Shown here: in pieces, positions 45,968 through 55,704 of the stretch | Layout of the letters: each line of letters starts with the position of its first letter | Position numbering within the stretch: the stretch's first letter is position 1 | From: a virus | Taxonomy: Duplodnaviria; Caudoviricetes | Direction: 5' to 3' (one strand) | Length of the DNA stretch: 64,000 nt | Virus record (IMG/VR): IMGVR_UViG_3300011793_000004 | Span: 1,624 to 65,623 of that record | The notes under the pieces: generated by a model | The model's database searches: none | Told to the model about the DNA's origin: nothing | What the model saw: only the letters and a program-made list of their open reading frames with translations | Position numbers and translations under genes: made by a program

Positions 45968-46721
45968 CACCTCCCTCCCCCGTGCCGGTTCGGCATGCAC
46001 ACGGGTTAGCGCGGCCAACATCAACCGCAGAGCAGGCGGACCAACGCCCGGCTCAAAGCGCCCGTGTGTTCGAGTAAATCGGAAGTCTGAGGCGACCGCT
46101 GAAGGGCGGCGGCCTCGCTACCCCAGTAGCTGCGCTGGGAGACGAAAGAGCAGCCCGAGAAACCCCATGGGGCGTATCGGAAAGAGCGCGGGATGGAAAA
46201 AATGACTGCCCCAGCCGCATCAAGCGCAATTCCCGGTGCGCGCGGCCCATGAGTTGGGGATACCGCTCTTTTTCCGATGCTCCCCAGCATCACCCCGCCG
46301 AGCTGGCCGGCGGACCCTTGACAGGGACCTGCAAATAACGCGACCGGGCGCGGTGCCAGACCCCGGACACTCGACCTCGGCGAGCGGCCGCCACCCCTAC
46401 AACGCCGCGCCCAACAGGAGATCACCCCATGAAATAGCTCATGCGATAGCGCGTGCTCGGACATAAGGCGGCTTGTGTCGAGCGACTCACCCGAGCGGAC
46501 ATCCACGTCCGCGCACGCTCGGGTGTTTCACCTGTGCGCGGCGGTCCGGTTGGCGCCCGGTTTGGGAATCAGCGAGCCATACGAGTCCGGCCCTGGGCAT
46601 GGCAGAAAAAGGCCCAATACCCCGATCCCCATCCGCATGCGCTCTCCCCGGCCCCCATCGGGCACGTCGCCGTGCGCGCAGAGCGCACCCGCATGCAGAT
46701 CAACCCACCGAGGCAACCACC

Positions 46722-46901
46722 ATGGCACCGATACAGATTCGCAGCGCCGGCCGGCACGTGCTCGGCCCCAAACCTCAAACCGGCTTCTGGCAGCTCGAGC
46801 AGAGCGGCCGCGTCATCGGCTGGGCGGGCTCGTATGTCGAGGCCCTGGCCCGGCGCGAGCGCTTCGAGAAAGCCGCCAGCACGCCGGCGGTGGTGGCCTG
46901 A
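46722..46901 (+). CDS. Small hypothetical protein
   Basis: SD GAGG; 59 aa. Confidence 0.55.
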   Translation: MAPIQIRSAGRHVLGPKPQTGFWQLEQSGRVIGWAGSYVEALARRERFEKAASTPAVVA

Positions 46902-46902
46902 C

Positions 46903-47325
46903 ATGCTGGCCCACGACGAACCCATCTACGACCGCATCAACACCCTCGCGAGTCGCGAGCAGGCGCGCCAGCAACTGGCCGCCCAGGTGGCGGACTTCGA
47001 ACGCAACGGCGGCCAAGTGCAACGGCTGGACGGGTTCCAGGCCGCCACCCCGCCACCGCCCACCAGCTGGAACAGCAGCATCACCCGGCAGCGCAAGATC
47101 CGCCGCCAGTACGAGCAACTGCAGCAGGTGCTGGCCGAGCAGATCCGCGAGCTCGCCGTGGTCGAGACCAAGCACGGCCCGGTGCGCCGCACCAGCAGCG
47201 AGGTGCGCAGCAAGCTCAAGGCCCGAGACATCAAAGTCAACGTGCTGCAGATCGAACAGATCGCCGCGAAGCACCTTATTGAGCTGCGCGATGACGGGCC
47301 GGTCCGGCTATCACCCGACGAGTAG
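46903..47325 (+). CDS. Protein with SutA-like RNAP-binding motif
   Basis: REQARQQLAAQVADFERNGGQVQRL resembles the SutA R..L......F..RGGKVQ helix. Confidence 0.55.
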   Translation: MLAHDEPIYDRINTLASREQARQQLAAQVADFERNGGQVQRLDGFQAATPPPPTSWNSSITRQRKIRRQYEQLQQVLAEQIRELAVVETKHGPVRRTSSEVRSKLKARDIKVNVLQIEQIAAKHLIELRDDGPVRLSPDE

Positions 47326-47422
47326 TGATGAAGGAGCCGTGTGGATAGCAAAAATCCTTGATGTGAAACTTGCTGCCCCTCTATTAGAGTCAACACTTTC
47401 TGCCATGCACCGAGGGAGCGAT

Positions 47423-47974
47423 ATGGCCTACGACATTCATTACATTGTGGTGGGGTCTGCAAGCGGAACAGATTGGGGCACTTGGATTGCCATCTTTATT
47501 TCAGCGCTAGCTCTTATCGCAACGGGGTGGCAGGCGCACGTAACCAGGGTCCATAACCGGCTTTCAGTACAACCGCAGCTAGAAGGCCATAGCCACATGG
47601 AGGACGGAATCTACACGCTGACGGTGCGTAATGACGGTCTAGGCCCAGCAATACTCACGCAGGCAAGGGTCTATTACCGCGGGAGGTTAGTTGAGGGTGA
47701 AGGCACTGCGCTCATCGATGCAGCCTTCGCTAACGTGCCCGACTGTACATTACTCAGTCGTGCGTTTTTCCACCCCCCTTTCGTACTGCCTGCTGGTAAA
47801 TCCATTGAGGTGTTTGAAGTGAAGTGCGAGATAGACTTCGAAGATATCGAAGTCTATCTCGGTTGTCTCCTTCACCTCCAGATCGACTATGAATCTGCAT
47901 ACCACGAGAAACGCCCTATGTACGAAACTCGTCGCTCCCCCATGCCTGATAGCGTCAATCAGCCGCTCCTCTAA
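47423..47974 (+). CDS. Single-TM moron (183 aa), AT-richer
   Basis: TM WIAIFISALALIATGW plus beta-rich domain. Confidence 0.65.
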   Translation: MAYDIHYIVVGSASGTDWGTWIAIFISALALIATGWQAHVTRVHNRLSVQPQLEGHSHMEDGIYTLTVRNDGLGPAILTQARVYYRGRLVEGEGTALIDAAFANVPDCTLLSRAFFHPPFVLPAGKSIEVFEVKCEIDFEDIEVYLGCLLHLQIDYESAYHEKRPMYETRRSPMPDSVNQPLL

Positions 47975-48155
47975 TCCCGCTTGGTATCCCGGCGAAACCG
48001 GCATGAGTCACGTGAGAGACCCCAAACATTACCCGACGCTCGTACTCATTCCCAAACTCGGCAGCAATCTTCCGTGCCTCATCCGAATTGATCGAAGCGG
48101 AGCGTCTAGTCAATTAGGAGCGGCTAATCACTAACTTGCACCGGAGCGAACTGCT

Positions 48156-48416
48156 ATGACCGCCAAGACCGCCGCCCAGCGCCAGGCCGAGAAGCGCGAG
48201 CGCGATAGGCAGACGGAAGAGGAACGCCTCGCCCGCCTGCTCTCCCGCCGCCTGCAGATCGACCTGTTCAAACGCACCGACGCCATGCTCATCGAGATCA
48301 TGGACACCGCCCACATCGAAGAGCCGCAGGACATGCTCCAGCGCCTCATCCACGGCGCCCACCGCCTCGCCCACCAGGCCCCCGCGGTGTTCGCCGAGCT
48401 CGTCCGCCTGCCGTAG
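48156..48416 (+). CDS. Hypothetical phage protein
   Basis: MTAKTAAQRQAEKRER. Confidence 0.7.
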   Translation: MTAKTAAQRQAEKRERDRQTEEERLARLLSRRLQIDLFKRTDAMLIEIMDTAHIEEPQDMLQRLIHGAHRLAHQAPAVFAELVRLP

Positions 48417-48774
48417 CTGTCACGGCAACCTGTCACGCTGCCCTTTATAGGTGTTGGCCGGTGAGGCGCCGCACCAGCAGGTCATGTGAACCCGTTCACA
48501 CTTCGTAATGGCGATCTGGAACCATGCCGTCGCCGGGGTGCCCTATCAATGTCCCGCATCACGATGAGGCGGGCCGCAGTCGCAATCGGCCAGGCAGGCC
48601 GATGAGGTAAGCCCACTGCAGGAAGCGGCCACGCCAGGCTGGCGTTGCTCCAAGGCGAGAGGGTGAGCAGACCGGGCAGCACGCCCGGGTGTTCAAGCTC
48701 AGCGACCTAAAGCGTGGATTACTCGCTACCCCAAACGGCGAGATAAGCAAAACAGCGCTCAGGGAATGAGATTG

Positions 48775-48804
48775 AAAAAGGAGGCCCACGGGCCTCCTTT
48801 TTTT
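48775..48804. terminator. Bidirectional intrinsic terminator
   Basis: aaaaaggaggcccacgggcctccttttttt. Confidence 0.85.
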
Positions 48805-48814
48805 CGCCCCTGCT

Positions 48815-49069
48815 TCACACCTCGTCCAGCGGCACCACGCCGGTGTGCGCGGTGTACTCGCCCGCCATACCGCGCACCCGCGCGCGCAGGTCCAGCGGGA
48901 TCGACTTCATGAAGTGCACGGCGTGCCCGGTGATATGCCCGGCATCGTCCAGCAGCTCCTCCTCATCGACCATCCACTCCTCGAGCTCCTCAAGGGTGAT
49001 CCCCAGTTGCTCCGCCAGCTGCGCGTGGTAGCGCGCCTGGTCGCAATCCTCAATCCGCTCATCACTCAT
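48815..49069 (-). CDS. Acidic hypothetical protein on the opposite strand
   Basis: SD AGGAGG; LAEQLGITLEEL. Confidence 0.65.
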   Translation of the reverse strand: MSDERIEDCDQARYHAQLAEQLGITLEELEEWMVDEEELLDDAGHITGHAVHFMKSIPLDLRARVRGMAGEYTAHTGVVPLDEV

Positions 49070-49146
49070 CGCCGTCACCTCCTGGCCTACTCGTCTATGT
49101 ATGGCCCCGGTGGCGCGCGGCAGTTCATCCGGAACAACAGGCACCC

Positions 49147-50307
49147 ATGAATCCCAGCCACCAGATACTGGTGGGCGACTCCCTGGAATTGCTTCGGCAG
49201 ATGCCAGAACGGTCTGTCCACACCTGCGTCACCAGCCCGCCCTATTACGGCCTGCGCGACTACGGACTTTCCCCAACGGACTGGCCTGCGATGGAGTTCA
49301 ACCCAATGCCAGGACTCCCCACTACCTCGATCCCTTCCATGCTCTGCTGTCTCGGTATGGAACAGGATCCCTGGGCGTTCATCGCCCACATGGTGGCGAT
49401 CTTTCGCGAGGTGCGCCGGGTACTCCGAGACGACGGAACCTGCTGGGTGAACATGGGCGACAGTTATGCGTCAGTTGCTGGCGGATATGCACCCAGTGGC
49501 TCAAAGGGGAAGCACGACATCGTGTCGAGCGCCACCCGCGGTGCCGTGCTGCATGGTCGCCGCCGAAATCCACCAAGCGGCCTGAAGCACAAGGACCTGA
49601 TGGGCATTCCATGGCGCCTCGCCTTCGCATTGCAGGCCGATGGCTGGTATCTGCGCCAGGACATCATCTGGCACAAGCCAAACCCTATGCCCGAATCGAC
49701 CCGAGACCGCTGCACCAAAGCGCACGAATACCTGTTCCTGCTCAGCAAGTCCCGGAAGTACTACTTCAACCAAGCTGCCATCGCAGAACCACTTGCCCCC
49801 GCCAGCGTTGAACGCCTGTCCCAGGAAAACTGGGAAGACCAGAAGGGCAGCGAGCGCGTGCCAGGCAAGACCAACGGAGCCATGAAGGCTGTCGGCGGCA
49901 GTAGACGAAACAGCTTTGCCAGGGAGACGAAGTACTCCGCTGGCGAGCACGGCCAGAAAGGGCAGCATCGCCCTGACCGTCCCAACATCGACTACAGCGA
50001 GACGCGAAACAAGCGCAGCGTCTGGTCTGTGCCCACAGTCGGGTTCAAGGGCGCCCACTTCGCAACCTTCCCTCCGAACCTTATCCGCCCCTGCATCCTC
50101 GCCGGTGCACCGCGTGGCGGCATGGTACTCGACCCGTTCGGCGGCGCCGGTACCACCGCCCTCGTGGCGATGCAGGAAGGTCGCCGCTCGATCCTCTGCG
50201 AACTCAACCCCGAATACGCCGCCCTCGCCCGCGCCAGGCTCGACGCCGCCTGGCTGAACGGCGACTCGCAGCTCGACGTATTCCTCGATCAGGAACCCGC
50301 CGCATGA
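49147..50307 (+). CDS. Orphan N4-C/N6-A DNA methyltransferase, beta class
   Basis: VTSPPYY motif IV before LDPFGGAGTT motif I; HFATFP. Confidence 0.93.
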   Translation: MNPSHQILVGDSLELLRQMPERSVHTCVTSPPYYGLRDYGLSPTDWPAMEFNPMPGLPTTSIPSMLCCLGMEQDPWAFIAHMVAIFREVRRVLRDDGTCWVNMGDSYASVAGGYAPSGSKGKHDIVSSATRGAVLHGRRRNPPSGLKHKDLMGIPWRLAFALQADGWYLRQDIIWHKPNPMPESTRDRCTKAHEYLFLLSKSRKYYFNQAAIAEPLAPASVERLSQENWEDQKGSERVPGKTNGAMKAVGGSRRNSFARETKYSAGEHGQKGQHRPDRPNIDYSETRNKRSVWSVPTVGFKGAHFATFPPNLIRPCILAGAPRGGMVLDPFGGAGTTALVAMQEGRRSILCELNPEYAALARARLDAAWLNGDSQLDVFLDQEPAA

Positions 50308-52367
50308 CGTCACCAGCGCCCCACCACTTCCGCACCCAATACGCCCTCCCCCTCAACGCCCAGGACGAAGAGATCAACGTCGACCTCTTCGCCGGCGGCG
50401 GTGGCGCCAGCACTGGCATCGAGATGGGCCTGGGCCGCCCGGTGCACATCGCCATCAACCACAACCCAGCGGCGATCAGCATGCACCAGGCCAACCACCC
50501 CGGCGCGCTGCACCTGCAAACGGACGTGTGGGAGGTGGACCCGCTCACCGTGCTCGCCGGCCGGCACATCGGCTGGTTCCACGCCTCGCCGGACTGCACC
50601 CATCACAGCCAGGCCGCGGGCGGCCAGCCGCGCAAGAAGGAAATCCGCGACCTCTCGTGGGTGGTGATCAAGTGGGCCGGCATCGGCAAGCCGCGCATCA
50701 TCAGCCTCGAGAACGTGAAGCAGATCCGCCAGTGGGGGCCGCTGATCGCCAAGCGCTGCAAGAAGACCGGCCGCGTCCTGCGCCTGGACGGCAGCGTGGC
50801 GGCGCCGGGCGAGCGCGTGCCGCGGCACGAACAGTTCCTGGTGCCGGACCCGAAGCGCAAGGGCACCACCTGGCGCAAGTTCCTCGGCTGCCTGGAGGCG
50901 CTCGGCTACATCGTCGACCACCGAGTGCTGAAGGCCTGCGACTTCGGCGCCCCCACCAGCCGCGAGCGGCTCTTCCTCGTCGCCCGGCGCGACGGCCACC
51001 CCATCGTCTGGCCGGCGGCCACCCATGCCGCCAAGCCGGCGAAGGGCCAACAGCCCTACCGCACCGCCGCCGAGTGCATCGACTGGTCCGTGCCGAGCCA
51101 GAGCATTTTCAACCGCAAGAAGCCGCTGGCCGAAGCCACCGAGCGCCGCGTGCACAAGGGCATCGTGCGCGAGGTGCTGGAGAAGAAGCAGCCCTTCATC
51201 GTGCCGATCGCCAACTGGTCGAGGGACGCCCTGCATCCGGCCGATCAGCCGCTAAACACCGTAACCGCCTGGCCGCGCGGCGGTTCGTTCGCGGTCGTCG
51301 CCCCGCAGCTGGTGAAATTCCGCTTCGACGAGGGCGGCCTGCCCCTGGACCAGCCTCTGCCCACCATCACCTCCGGCGGCAACTGCGCACGCCCGGCCGG
51401 CGCCGCGCATGCGATGGGTGTTGCCGGCGCCGTGATGATCAACGCCGCCCACGGCGAAGGGCGCCCGGATGGAGTGAAACGCTGGGGGAGCGGAAGCCGA
51501 TCGGTTGAAGCGCCCCTGCCAACCGTAACCGCCGGCGGCAGCGGCGGGCATGCGGTCGCCAGCCCGATCCTGGTAGGCGTCTGCGGCCGCGCCGGGCAAA
51601 CCGAACCGCGCGCCGGCGATGAGCCGATGTACACCATCACCAGCAAGGGCGACGCTGCCGTGGCCACGGCATTCCTGGCCCAGGCGAACGGCGGGTTCAA
51701 CACCACCCACTCCAAGCCGCTGGATGACCCGATGACCACCGTCACCAACACCGGCAGCCAGCAGCAGCTTGTCACCGCCAACCTGGTGCACCTGCGCGGC
51801 AACTGCGACGCTCGGTCGGTGGGAGATCCGCTGCACACCGTCAGCGCCCGCGGCCAGCACCATGCGGCGGTCACCGCCTTCCTGTCCCGCCAGTTCGGCG
51901 CCAGCATAGGCCAGGGCCTGGAAGAACCGGCGCCGACCATCACCGCCGGCAGTGGCGGAAAGTCCGCGCTGGTCGAATTGCAGCTGTCACCCGAGGCCCA
52001 GGAAGGCGCGCTGCGCTGCGCGGCGTTCCTGATGAAGTACTTCGGGAAAGGAGAAGGCGTGATCGGCATGGGCGAGACCGTGTCGACGTTAACCACCAAG
52101 GACCGCCTGGCCCTGGTCACGGTGTGGATCGGCGGAGACCCCTACGTGATCGTCGACATCCACCTGCGCATGCTCCAGCCCCACGAGCTCTACGCCGCCC
52201 AGGGCTTCCCGCCGAACTACATCATCACCCACGGGCACGACGGTCGGCGCTTCACGAAGTCCGAGCAGGTGTTCATGTGCGGCAACAGCGTCAGTCCGCC
52301 GCCGATGGCCGCGATCGCCCGGGCGAATGATCCGTGGAGAGAGGTTCGGCAGCCGTTGGCGGCGTAA
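50304..52367 (+). CDS. Orphan C5-cytosine DNA methyltransferase with repetitive variable region
   Basis: DLFAGGGGAS, ASPDCTHHS, ENV, PTSRERLF, CGNSVSPP. Confidence 0.93.
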   Translation: MTSPAPHHFRTQYALPLNAQDEEINVDLFAGGGGASTGIEMGLGRPVHIAINHNPAAISMHQANHPGALHLQTDVWEVDPLTVLAGRHIGWFHASPDCTHHSQAAGGQPRKKEIRDLSWVVIKWAGIGKPRIISLENVKQIRQWGPLIAKRCKKTGRVLRLDGSVAAPGERVPRHEQFLVPDPKRKGTTWRKFLGCLEALGYIVDHRVLKACDFGAPTSRERLFLVARRDGHPIVWPAATHAAKPAKGQQPYRTAAECIDWSVPSQSIFNRKKPLAEATERRVHKGIVREVLEKKQPFIVPIANWSRDALHPADQPLNTVTAWPRGGSFAVVAPQLVKFRFDEGGLPLDQPLPTITSGGNCARPAGAAHAMGVAGAVMINAAHGEGRPDGVKRWGSGSRSVEAPLPTVTAGGSGGHAVASPILVGVCGRAGQTEPRAGDEPMYTITSKGDAAVATAFLAQANGGFNTTHSKPLDDPMTTVTNTGSQQQLVTANLVHLRGNCDARSVGDPLHTVSARGQHHAAVTAFLSRQFGASIGQGLEEPAPTITAGSGGKSALVELQLSPEAQEGALRCAAFLMKYFGKGEGVIGMGETVSTLTTKDRLALVTVWIGGDPYVIVDIHLRMLQPHELYAAQGFPPNYIITHGHDGRRFTKSEQVFMCGNSVSPPPMAAIARANDPWREVRQPLAA

Positions 52368-52495
52368 GGGAGGTATGGGTGGATAAGCGGAGTGTTATCC
52401 ACCCTACTCGCTGCGCGCGTGGGTGCTGACCCGAAGCAATGCGAGCTGAGGTTGGAGTAGCGATAGGGAATGACCTAGGCATCCAATGTGTGGGC

Positions 52496-53503
52496 CTATA
52501 AGCTATTAATTTCACATTCCTTCTTATTGCCAACGTTTGCCAATGTTTTGAAACCTAATGGCGACTCCCAACACATTAACCTTAAAGCTGGGTTGCCCTC
52601 TGTGATATGCATTCGCCATGCGCTATGGTCATCTTTAACCCTCTGCTTTCCCGAGCCCGCCGAGGTCTCAAATGGACTGACCTGGCATTTAGGTACTCCG
52701 GCTACATATCCGGTCATGATTGCAAAACAAACGTTTGAGAACTTTTGACCTGGATAACACTGGTGGTCCAATAAGGATTGAACAAACCCTTTGCCGAGTG
52801 CAAAACAGTTAGTTCTAAATTTCATTTCCGAGCTATGGCTCCTTAAGACCTGCAATGCGCCTACGTAGATAGCCCGGGTGATCTCAGCCTCAGAACGTGC
52901 ACTAGCATATAGCGCACTCGCATCTATCGCCTCCAGCAGAGCACCATACCCACTATAAACCTTCAAGTCATGATCAACATGGAAGGGCGGATGGCGAAGT
53001 TCGGGTTCGATTGCGCAAATCAGACCAGATACTTTCGCTATTTGTGACGGAATTTTTGGAAAGTGAATCAGTGCGATATCTTGCACTTCAAGATACGAAA
53101 TTAGCCCGACATGCCTTATCAAATCAGCGCATGGGCCATGACGTCTATGCGTTAGCCCAACATCAGGCAAGGGTGCGAATGTTTCCCACTCGACAATGAC
53201 ATCCTCAAATCCCGAGAACTCTTCTACCAGCTGCAAGATTGAGTTAATCATCCTAGCTATATCCTTTGCTGAATAGGCATCCTCGCCAATTTTCGACAGG
53301 TTATTTTTATAGATCTTCTCGCTGGGGTACATTCCAAGCTCGGCCAATTTGCGTGGTATTTCATTCTCCAATAAAAAACATCCACACCCGCCCTGCACAT
53401 CCTTACGGATCATCAGAAGATCCTCTATATAATCTTCTATCAATTCAATAGGGCAAAATGCAGGAGACATGAAATATTCGGCGGTGAGTACAGCATGCAT
53501 CAT
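52496..53503 (-). CDS. Putative defence effector with C-terminal RelE/ParE-like nuclease domain
   Basis: Starts 4 nt after the ATPase stop, SD AAGGA; C-terminal AWRMHIT...ALRLMCW...LANVGNK. Confidence 0.55.
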   Translation of the reverse strand: MMHAVLTAEYFMSPAFCPIELIEDYIEDLLMIRKDVQGGCGCFLLENEIPRKLAELGMYPSEKIYKNNLSKIGEDAYSAKDIARMINSILQLVEEFSGFEDVIVEWETFAPLPDVGLTHRRHGPCADLIRHVGLISYLEVQDIALIHFPKIPSQIAKVSGLICAIEPELRHPPFHVDHDLKVYSGYGALLEAIDASALYASARSEAEITRAIYVGALQVLRSHSSEMKFRTNCFALGKGFVQSLLDHQCYPGQKFSNVCFAIMTGYVAGVPKCQVSPFETSAGSGKQRVKDDHSAWRMHITEGNPALRLMCWESPLGFKTLANVGNKKECEINSL

Positions 53504-53507
53504 GCGT

Positions 53508-55412
53508 TCATCCTTGATTTTTCTTATCGGCACGCTTTTTCTTCGAAGCTTCCAAGAGAATGGCTTCGACCTCTCGATCAGTTTGATCAAAAAAGTCATC
53601 TGGCCAGTCTGAAATAGCTCCGTAAGTATTGATTACTACCTTTCGAAAATATGATTTTGCTTCTTTCTTTTCGATGAAGTAGATCGGTGTATTTTCGCCA
53701 AGTCCAACCTGCTTTCCTTGAACAATACGCAAGCGCAGTCTATTGATAAGATACTCGCTATGAGTTTCGACTAGGCACTGGCGATCAAACCCAGATATAG
53801 CAATAAAGAAATCACAAAGCCGTGACTGGACTTTAGGATGCAAGTGCAACTCGGGCTGTTCAAATACCAATATATCATCACGAGTTGATAACAAACTCAT
53901 TAGGACGATAGGCAGCACCTGGCTTACGCCCACCCCAACATGCGTAAGATCTTGCCACTTCTCATGCGGATTAGTCTTCACCTGCAATTCATAGCCCAAC
54001 TTTCCTTTGTCTTGGGTACGTACATCACTTACAACACCAAGATAAGAAAGCCACTCACTGCAAGCGCTTAATAGTGTTCCACGCTTTAATTTATATTCAA
54101 AGCCCCCCTCTGCATCAACAGCGGGAGAATGGTATGAAATATTTCTATACTTATTTATATGGAGAACAGCAGCAGTAAACTCACCTTTCAAACCGACGTT
54201 TGCAGGATCGATTTGTCCAATGAATGGGTACACCGCCAAAGGTTCATTGCGAAGGGGCCCAAGATATTTTATTGACCTTGAAAAATCATAGTTAAGATAA
54301 TGAGCTGCACTGTCAAAAACCTTCAATGCATATGTATCTCGTCGCCTCTCCTTGTCCACCCCTTGATACCATATATCTTGGAGATCCGCCCGATTCTTAT
54401 CCACAAACTCTATCAACGCCTTTTTAGACTTAGGGTCTAAATTATTTAGAAATTGCAACCATGTACCGAGCGTTGTAAAGTCGGACTCTATGAAGCTATC
54501 ACTGATAATTTCTTCTTTGAGAGCAAAGGTCGCATTAAGCAACTCCTGCTTGATTTGCTCTATCGTTATGTGCTCCCTCCCCATAATGGAGTACTTATTA
54601 ATAAGAACATCTTCAATTTCTTCAGGTATTTTCAAGACACGAAGAGCTTCCCCTCGCTCTCGAGATATGCGAGCCCGGACTGCCAAAAAAAAGGACTTGG
54701 GTATCTTGATACCGGATTCGTCAATGGGCTTTCCTCGGCCATGGCTGCGCTTACTCCACATACCGGTAATCATAGCCAGAATTTGCGAACTCATCTTCTT
54801 TGTATGATCATAATCAACAAGTAATGTTGAAGGTATCAATCCAAGCTTGGTACATCCCACAATCTCGTAATCAGGAAATTCTTTACTTATAGCTTCTTCT
54901 TCTGAGCTTATGAAACTGCGCACATCAAAATATGCCCCATCATTAGAATCATTATCTTGAGCAGGACTGACCTCCAAATGTTCGTTGTATTCCTCTCCGT
55001 CCTTCCCGGACAGAGAAACCGAAGCTCTCAGAAGAGCGGGATGTAAATCATCATCGCCAGATTGGATCTTATTAATCCGCCCGAACGTTAGCTCAACATC
55101 AATACTGTTAAGCCCGCTCAACCAAGGACGATGATCTCTAACCTCTACTGAAAAATTGAAGTTAATCTCATTCAGTGAGGACGAGTGATTTTTGATGTCG
55201 TCAAATGATCCTAGCCGGGTCAGATGACCGTTAAGCATCATCGAGTCTTGAGAATACCTTGAGGATAGCGTCTGGCTTAGCATCAGCAGCGCTTGGATCA
55301 GTGAACTTTTGCCGCTACTATTTGATCCGCAAAATATAGAGAATCCACCTAATATAAGTGGGACCTCATTATCGAGAGACTTGAAGTTTCTTAGCTGAAT
55401 TCCGTTAATCAT
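53508..55412 (-). CDS. ABC/OLD-type ATPase (AAA_15/AAA_21-like, DUF3696-like C-terminus)
   Basis: LRNFKS, Walker A GSNSSGKS, VGVGVSQVLP, Walker B FEQPELHLHP, VETHSEYL, C-terminal GAISDWPDDFFDQ. Confidence 0.9.
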   Translation of the reverse strand: MINGIQLRNFKSLDNEVPLILGGFSIFCGSNSSGKSSLIQALLMLSQTLSSRYSQDSMMLNGHLTRLGSFDDIKNHSSSLNEINFNFSVEVRDHRPWLSGLNSIDVELTFGRINKIQSGDDDLHPALLRASVSLSGKDGEEYNEHLEVSPAQDNDSNDGAYFDVRSFISSEEEAISKEFPDYEIVGCTKLGLIPSTLLVDYDHTKKMSSQILAMITGMWSKRSHGRGKPIDESGIKIPKSFFLAVRARISRERGEALRVLKIPEEIEDVLINKYSIMGREHITIEQIKQELLNATFALKEEIISDSFIESDFTTLGTWLQFLNNLDPKSKKALIEFVDKNRADLQDIWYQGVDKERRRDTYALKVFDSAAHYLNYDFSRSIKYLGPLRNEPLAVYPFIGQIDPANVGLKGEFTAAVLHINKYRNISYHSPAVDAEGGFEYKLKRGTLLSACSEWLSYLGVVSDVRTQDKGKLGYELQVKTNPHEKWQDLTHVGVGVSQVLPIVLMSLLSTRDDILVFEQPELHLHPKVQSRLCDFFIAISGFDRQCLVETHSEYLINRLRLRIVQGKQVGLGENTPIYFIEKKEAKSYFRKVVINTYGAISDWPDDFFDQTDREVEAILLEASKKKRADKKNQG

Positions 55413-55704
55413 TTTATACTTCCATGCATGTGTTGGATCGGATCACTGCGATACTAGCTCCATGTGCTTCCCTAGTCACCACCTGTGATGAGGGCCAAAT
55501 CGCCAATGAATTCACGCAGAGATATCGTCGTCAGCTGTGCCAAACGACGCAGTTGAGAACTCCATTGAGTGACCCAGTCTATTTGGATGCCTATCCTTAG
55601 CAAATCGCCGCAAATTCGGTGATCGGGTTTGGTCGGCCGGATTGCTCAGGTGCACAAGGCACCGCGGAAGCGTTTTTTTGTGCCTGTTGTACGGCTACGC
55701 GCTT

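Noticed and set aside
45968-46720. RsmY/RsmZ-like sponge RNA call
   Set aside because: GGA count by eye is near chance for this GC content, and motifs are not consistently in loops; kept only as a generic structured-RNA finding
48420-48790. Intergenic region with short ORFs on both strands
   Set aside because: No convincing RBS, motif or fold; may be a decayed gene but cannot be supported
53504-53599. N-terminal extension of the effector ORF overlapping the ATPase
   Set aside because: A better start (MMHAVL) with an SD lies right after the ATPase stop
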